Source: Zygnema circumcarinatum SAG 698-1b (taxonomy: Eukaryota; Plantae; Zygnematophyceae). Taken from it: a stretch of 64,000 nt of DNA. The notes below the pieces were generated by a model. It was given only the letters and a program-made list of their open reading frames with translations. It was not told the origin of the DNA and did no database searches. The stretch covers positions 3,648,689-3,712,688 of the forward strand of contig CM074809.1 of the NCBI GenBank assembly GCA_037447605.1, given 5' to 3'. Each line of letters begins with the position of its first letter. Within the stretch, counting starts at the first letter, position 1. Shown in pieces: positions 55,428 through 64,000 of this stretch. A program made the position numbers and the translations under genes.

Positions 55428-57223
55428 TCAAGCAGCTCTTGAAGTAGGAAGGGGAGAGGGGAGCACAGAAGGCGACAGGTGAGAGCTGCCCTTTCTCCCC
55501 CAAAGCACAATAGCGAGTCCTGCACTTAACAGGATGCTCGCTGCCAGCATCGCCCCCAAGTACGAGGTGGCAAGCAGCAGAGCAGCCGCAATGAGGGGTC
55601 CTAAAGCATAGCCTCCCAAATAAACAAACTGATATAGACCTAACAGAAGCGGCAGACTGCGTACACTGTACTGCCCCATGCTCTTACTCAGTGAAGGAAA
55701 CAAAGGTGTTTCAATGAATGCAAAGCCTACACCGTTCACCGAATTAAGTAGATACTGCAAGATGACACTGCAGGATACTGTGGGAATTGCAAGAGCTGGA
55801 AGGCTCGTGCAGACCATAAGTATTCCTGTAACAATGCTGCCAAACGAACCGATCGAATTCACAATCGGCCCAGCAAAGTAGGCCGCTACAGCATATACGA
55901 GATTGTTGAGCCCGAAAGCAGTGCCTGCAATTGAAGTTTTCGCACCACAGGAAATAGAAAGGAAAGAAGGAACCACAACTTCGAGCACTCCCCAAACCAC
56001 AGACTGTGTAAATGCAATGTAGATGACTCCGAAGGCTTGCGGGTCCCTGCAAATGAGCCCCAACATGCGAACTATCTCGAAAACTGGTTTTGAGCTCGAC
56101 CCATCACTTCGATTCTCCCCGTCTCGGTCTGCCTCGAAGTGTTCTACTTTGATAGGAATTGGGTTGGGAGAACTTTCCACAATGTCGATCGGTTTGGTTT
56201 CCAGAGCCGAGTGTTTAACTTCATCTCTATCACTGCGTCGAAGGGGTGTTGGGTAGAATAAGACCACTGCAGCCATAACTGCTTCTAATAAAGCTGTAAT
56301 GGAAAAGGGAATCCATGGCTCTGCATACTCGTAAAGCAAGGCACCCCCTACCGGTCCGACGAAACCTCCAATGGAAACCCAACAGTAGAGAACACCGAGA
56401 GTTCCCACAAAAGATGACAACTTTGAGCTACTCTCAATACTCTTAATACTCACTCGCTCTCTCTCCCTCTCACAATTCATCGCATTCACCACATTCATTC
56501 TGAATGTGGGATTCGCCACACCTTCCCCATCACCCCCCTCTGAGGAACGCTCCTCTCCGTCTATACCTATTTTTTCTAATTGAACATCTTCGCTTCCTTT
56601 TCCTGCACGAGGACTGCAGAAAATATGCGAGACGAATAAAAAAGCTGCCGTTCTGATAGTCACCATGCCGAGCCCTTGCGCAAAACATGCGAAGGCGATC
56701 ATTCTCCAATTTTGGGGAAATGCTAAAAAGAGGCTTGATACAGCATAGAGCACAAAAGCGGCTGTGAGAAGGCTCCTTTCGCCAAAGCGCGATGCAAAAA
56801 TTCCCGTGGGAACAGCCCACAAGATGGCGGCGAAGCTCCTAAGGCCGAGGAGGAGAGCGATATCTTCCTGGCCAAAGTGAAAGGTTTCCGAGTAGGCGGG
56901 GAGGATGGGAGGGACCATAAAGAAGGCGATGGACTCCACAAACACAGATACTGCATCATCATCGAAAAATCGCAAGATTAAAAATAATAATAATAATAAC
57001 AATAATAATAATATTAGCGGTTAGTAATGGTTTTGATTCCAGTGATACAAACCCAATTCATATATTCCTTGCTGTTTTAGGCGTAATTGAAGCTAATTAG
57101 GAGTGAGGAGTAGAGCTTAAGACCTGCAAGGAGGTTGAGGTAGCCTCGCTCTCCCACTGCTAAAGGTAACTGAATATCTCCATCAGTGTGGTCCCCTTTA
57201 GTGTCTTCTTGTTGCTGCTTCAT
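55428..57223 (-). CDS. MFS transporter, SLC18/VMAT-like (DHA1 type), 2 exons (57223-57124, 56950-55428)
   Basis: About 12 hydrophobic helices, motif A-like GIFASRFGER, GPVGGALLYEY...PF, GVLEVVVP, GYALGPLIAA; a phase-1 GT-AG intron joins the ATG exon. Confidence 0.85.
56983..57013 (+). repeat. (AAT)n microsatellite in the MFS intron
   Basis: Seen directly. Confidence 0.9.
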
Positions 57224-57759
57224 TCTTTCTGCAGCTTTCTATTATTAACTCAGCACATTTCAGTCGCCTTTGGATGCCCTAAGAAGCGGCTTGCAACAAA
57301 AGGAGTGTTAAAAAAAAGGTCGAACGATATTCTTTAGATTTTGCTCGATTGGAAAGTCAAAAAGCAGAATTCAGCATCTTTTGACTTGCTTGGGTCTGTC
57401 CCCATCAAGGCCCTCGTCCTCCCTGCTCTGACCTGCCCTCACCCATCTCGCTCTCTCCCCCCACCCCCCCAACTCTTCCATTATTAAGCTCTCTTAATCG
57501 TCCCTCTCTCAAATCCTTTCTCCCTCCCTCAGCCCCCTCTCTCCCTATTCCCTATTAATTTAGACCATCATCCTCTGCATTTTCCTTTAAAAATTAAAAA
57601 ATAAGATTTTTTAAGCCTCTCTTCTCCCCTTCGTTTCAACGTTCAGAGGGAAAGGCCCTCTGCCCCCAATTCGGATCCACTCTTTGAATCCACTCACAGA
57701 TGATCCTGAGTTCACTTCAGATCCGCCAACGAGCTAATGTCGGTGCGAGCGCGCCAGCT

Positions 57760-58031
57760 CGCCAATAATTTATGTCCCTTGACTTTTCTTGACCTTCCGA
57801 CCAATCAGCGACGTCGGTGCTTTCGTCCTATTGGCCACCGACACAGAGGCGACAAACTTCCCGACTTTCAGCCTATGAAATATTTCCACGTGGCACAAGA
57901 TGAGATCCTAGATCTCTTACCACGTGGCAGCCATCCGTGTGGCCGTCCGCCGCGGCTGCCACACGCGCATGTGTGGGGGAGGGCGCTGATTAGAGGAGGC
58001 GGCTGCACGTGCAAAGGTCGGTGGGGATTGG
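57760..58031. promoter_or_regulatory. Shared (bidirectional) promoter core of the two MFS genes, with G-boxes and CCAAT boxes
   Basis: CACGTGGC 57887 and 57921, CACGTG 58006; CCAAT/ATTGG at ~57762, 57801, 57830, 58027. Confidence 0.55.
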
Positions 58032-58768
58032 CGGGAGGCGCGGCGGCCGCCCGCCTGTCCGGAAGGAATGCCACTGCTAAGGCCCGAAAGGAGGCGAAGG
58101 CGCCCTCGCAATAGTAACTGTAGAGTGGGAGAGGGAGAGGGAGAAGGAGAGGGAGAGGGAGAGGGAGAGAAGAAGGAGAGGGAGAGGGAGAGTGGAATCA
58201 CGCTGGAGAAGGGCTGGGAAGGTCGACGAATTGACAGGCTGAAGCAACGGAGGGAGAGGAGAGTTAGAGAAGGAGAAAAAAAGGCGCGAGAATTGTGAAC
58301 GAAGGAGAATTTCTGAGAATCTGTATGTGAATGGCAAGCCGTACGCATAAGCATTCTGTAATTTAGATTTAGATTTTAATTGGCGTAATGGGGCGTTTTC
58401 GGACTGCAGAAGTCTTTCTATACGTAAACCGTGGGAATAAAACTAATTGAATTCTTTGCTTTCAGTTGCGCTGGTAGCACTAGGAGAGGGAGTGGTGCTG
58501 CTCTTGGAAATGGCGGCAGTCGTAGCAGCGGAGGTATTGGGTTCAGTCTATTGCAGCGAAGAGTGGCAGCAGTTCCATTAGTGCAGTCCATACTAGTAGT
58601 AGCGGTAGCGGTAAAGGCCAGTAATAGATTATTTTATTAGACCAAGCGGCGCTACAACGCGTTAGTAAAGTCCCCTCGTAAGACTTTCTCATGTCCTGAT
58701 CATCCCTCCATCTCTGTCTTTTTCCAGGAGCTCACACCCCTTCCCTTTCCCTCCCTCTCGCAGCAGCC

Positions 58769-62730
<3,962 letters not shown>

Positions 62731-63353
62731 AGAGAAGAGCACGAACAGGAGAGGCAGGAGAGAGGAGCATCTATCTACGTGCGAGCACACACACACACAT
62801 CGTGGATGTGAGCTGAAATGTGAACTCTGTATAGAAGAACGTTCTATGTTCAGGTTCCGTACGCTCGAGGATGTTATTTCACTAGCATTAGTAAGTCCGG
62901 GTAGAAGGTAGAAAGTAGATAAGGGTATATATGTACAGGCCGCATTCTCCTCACATGCAGTAAGTGGCTGTGTGTGGAGGAAGAAGCTCCTCCTTATGCT
63001 CTCCGCCACGTTCTAAAACGTGCTTCTAGGTTTAGGGTTTGCCTATCACCTCGGTAGGCGGCAGCCACTTTGAGGATTTGCCCACAATTGGAAATGCTCC
63101 AACGGAGTAAAGAAATAGCCAAGCATAGAGGCTGCTCGTCAACTTCAGCTCAGGAGATAAATAGGCATTTTGACAAAGGCGGACTAGTTAGATTAGTCGT
63201 AGCTCTACTGTTAGGATGTGCACAGAGCTGTACAGTAACAGCGCAGGGTCAAGTAAAAGGATTTTCCCCCCTACTTCGCATATCCGCCTCGTCAGCGATG
63301 TTCCTTTGTTTGTCCCTCACCGCTTATAAACGAATTGCAGTGCGTCCTCCTTC

Positions 63354-63389
<36 letters not shown>

Positions 63390-64000
63390 CGCTGCGGGGG
63401 ATGGCTTTTCACAAACTGCTCTGCTCTTACTGCTGTCGCCTGCGTCCCTCTCAGCCCGCTGCACGTCTGCAAGGTGCAGTGCTGAAAACAACAACGGAAA
63501 ACTTGCAAAGTTGCACGAACTATTGTTCGCAAGCAGCCCTAGCGCGGACTGTGTGCATGGCCAAAACATGGAGGAAACGGAGGGGAGGGAGACAAGGCGG
63601 TGTCACAGACCATGCCATTGTGCATTGGTAGGTCGTACACATAGTACTCATACAACACGTGTTGGTGTTCAACAACCCATTGTTGGTGTTGTTGTTGTTG
63701 TTCTCATCACATTCCCATTCATGGCTCCCAACTCGGTCACGAGCTTCCTTCCATGTTGGCGTTGGCGCGCCCCATTGTGAAGTTCATGGTGCATCATTGT
63801 CTTGCGAAGGGGGGGGCCCTCCTGTCACGGTCGCGTCCATGTGCGCAGTTTGTCGTTGCGCAGATCACAACTCCGTTCACGCATGGAACGTCCCGACGGA
63901 CCGATGTTCCATGGTCGAACAGTTTGTGACCAGTGACAAAAATAAACTGGTTTCCTATGAGTAATGTTTACTGACGTGGCAGTCCCCGATTGGCAGTTCG

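Noticed and set aside
63415-63442. TGCTCTGCTCTTACTGCTGTCG loosely resembles a miR156 star strand
   Set aside because: No complementary mature arm or hairpin nearby.

Overview
Gene-dense eukaryotic nuclear DNA with spliceosomal introns. It carries land-plant-type genes (EIN3, TDY-type MAPK, LEA group 4, ZIFL), but the EIN3 has introns and GA/CT microsatellites are pervasive, so I infer a streptophyte alga (e.g. Zygnematophyceae); the organism cannot be proven from the sequence. I assembled 14 identifiable genes by hand. In order: TMEM186-like (+), SNAP25/SNAP33-like (-), LAS1 (+), ABHD/EMB8-like hydrolase (-), DTW-domain protein (-), EIN3/EIL (-), group-D MAPK (-), SnRK1 gamma-like CBS protein (-), CFIm68/CPSF6-like RRM protein (+), LEA4 (-), class I sHSP (+), RING-CH ligase (+), an SLC18/VMAT-like MFS transporter (-) and a ZIFL-type MFS transporter (+). 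Two further ORFs are unresolved (47-48.5 kb and 53.8-54.4 kb). I found no rRNA, tRNA, CRISPR or recognisable transposon. Best leads: a head-to-head SLC18-like/ZIFL transporter pair on a G-box promoter; a uORF-rich MAPK leader; three GC-AG introns; recurrent promoter motif clusters (TGGAACGG, CGTAC); an ABRE cluster at the LEA/sHSP divergon; and a CFIm68 apparently cut short before its RS domain. All exon models are manual and untested.
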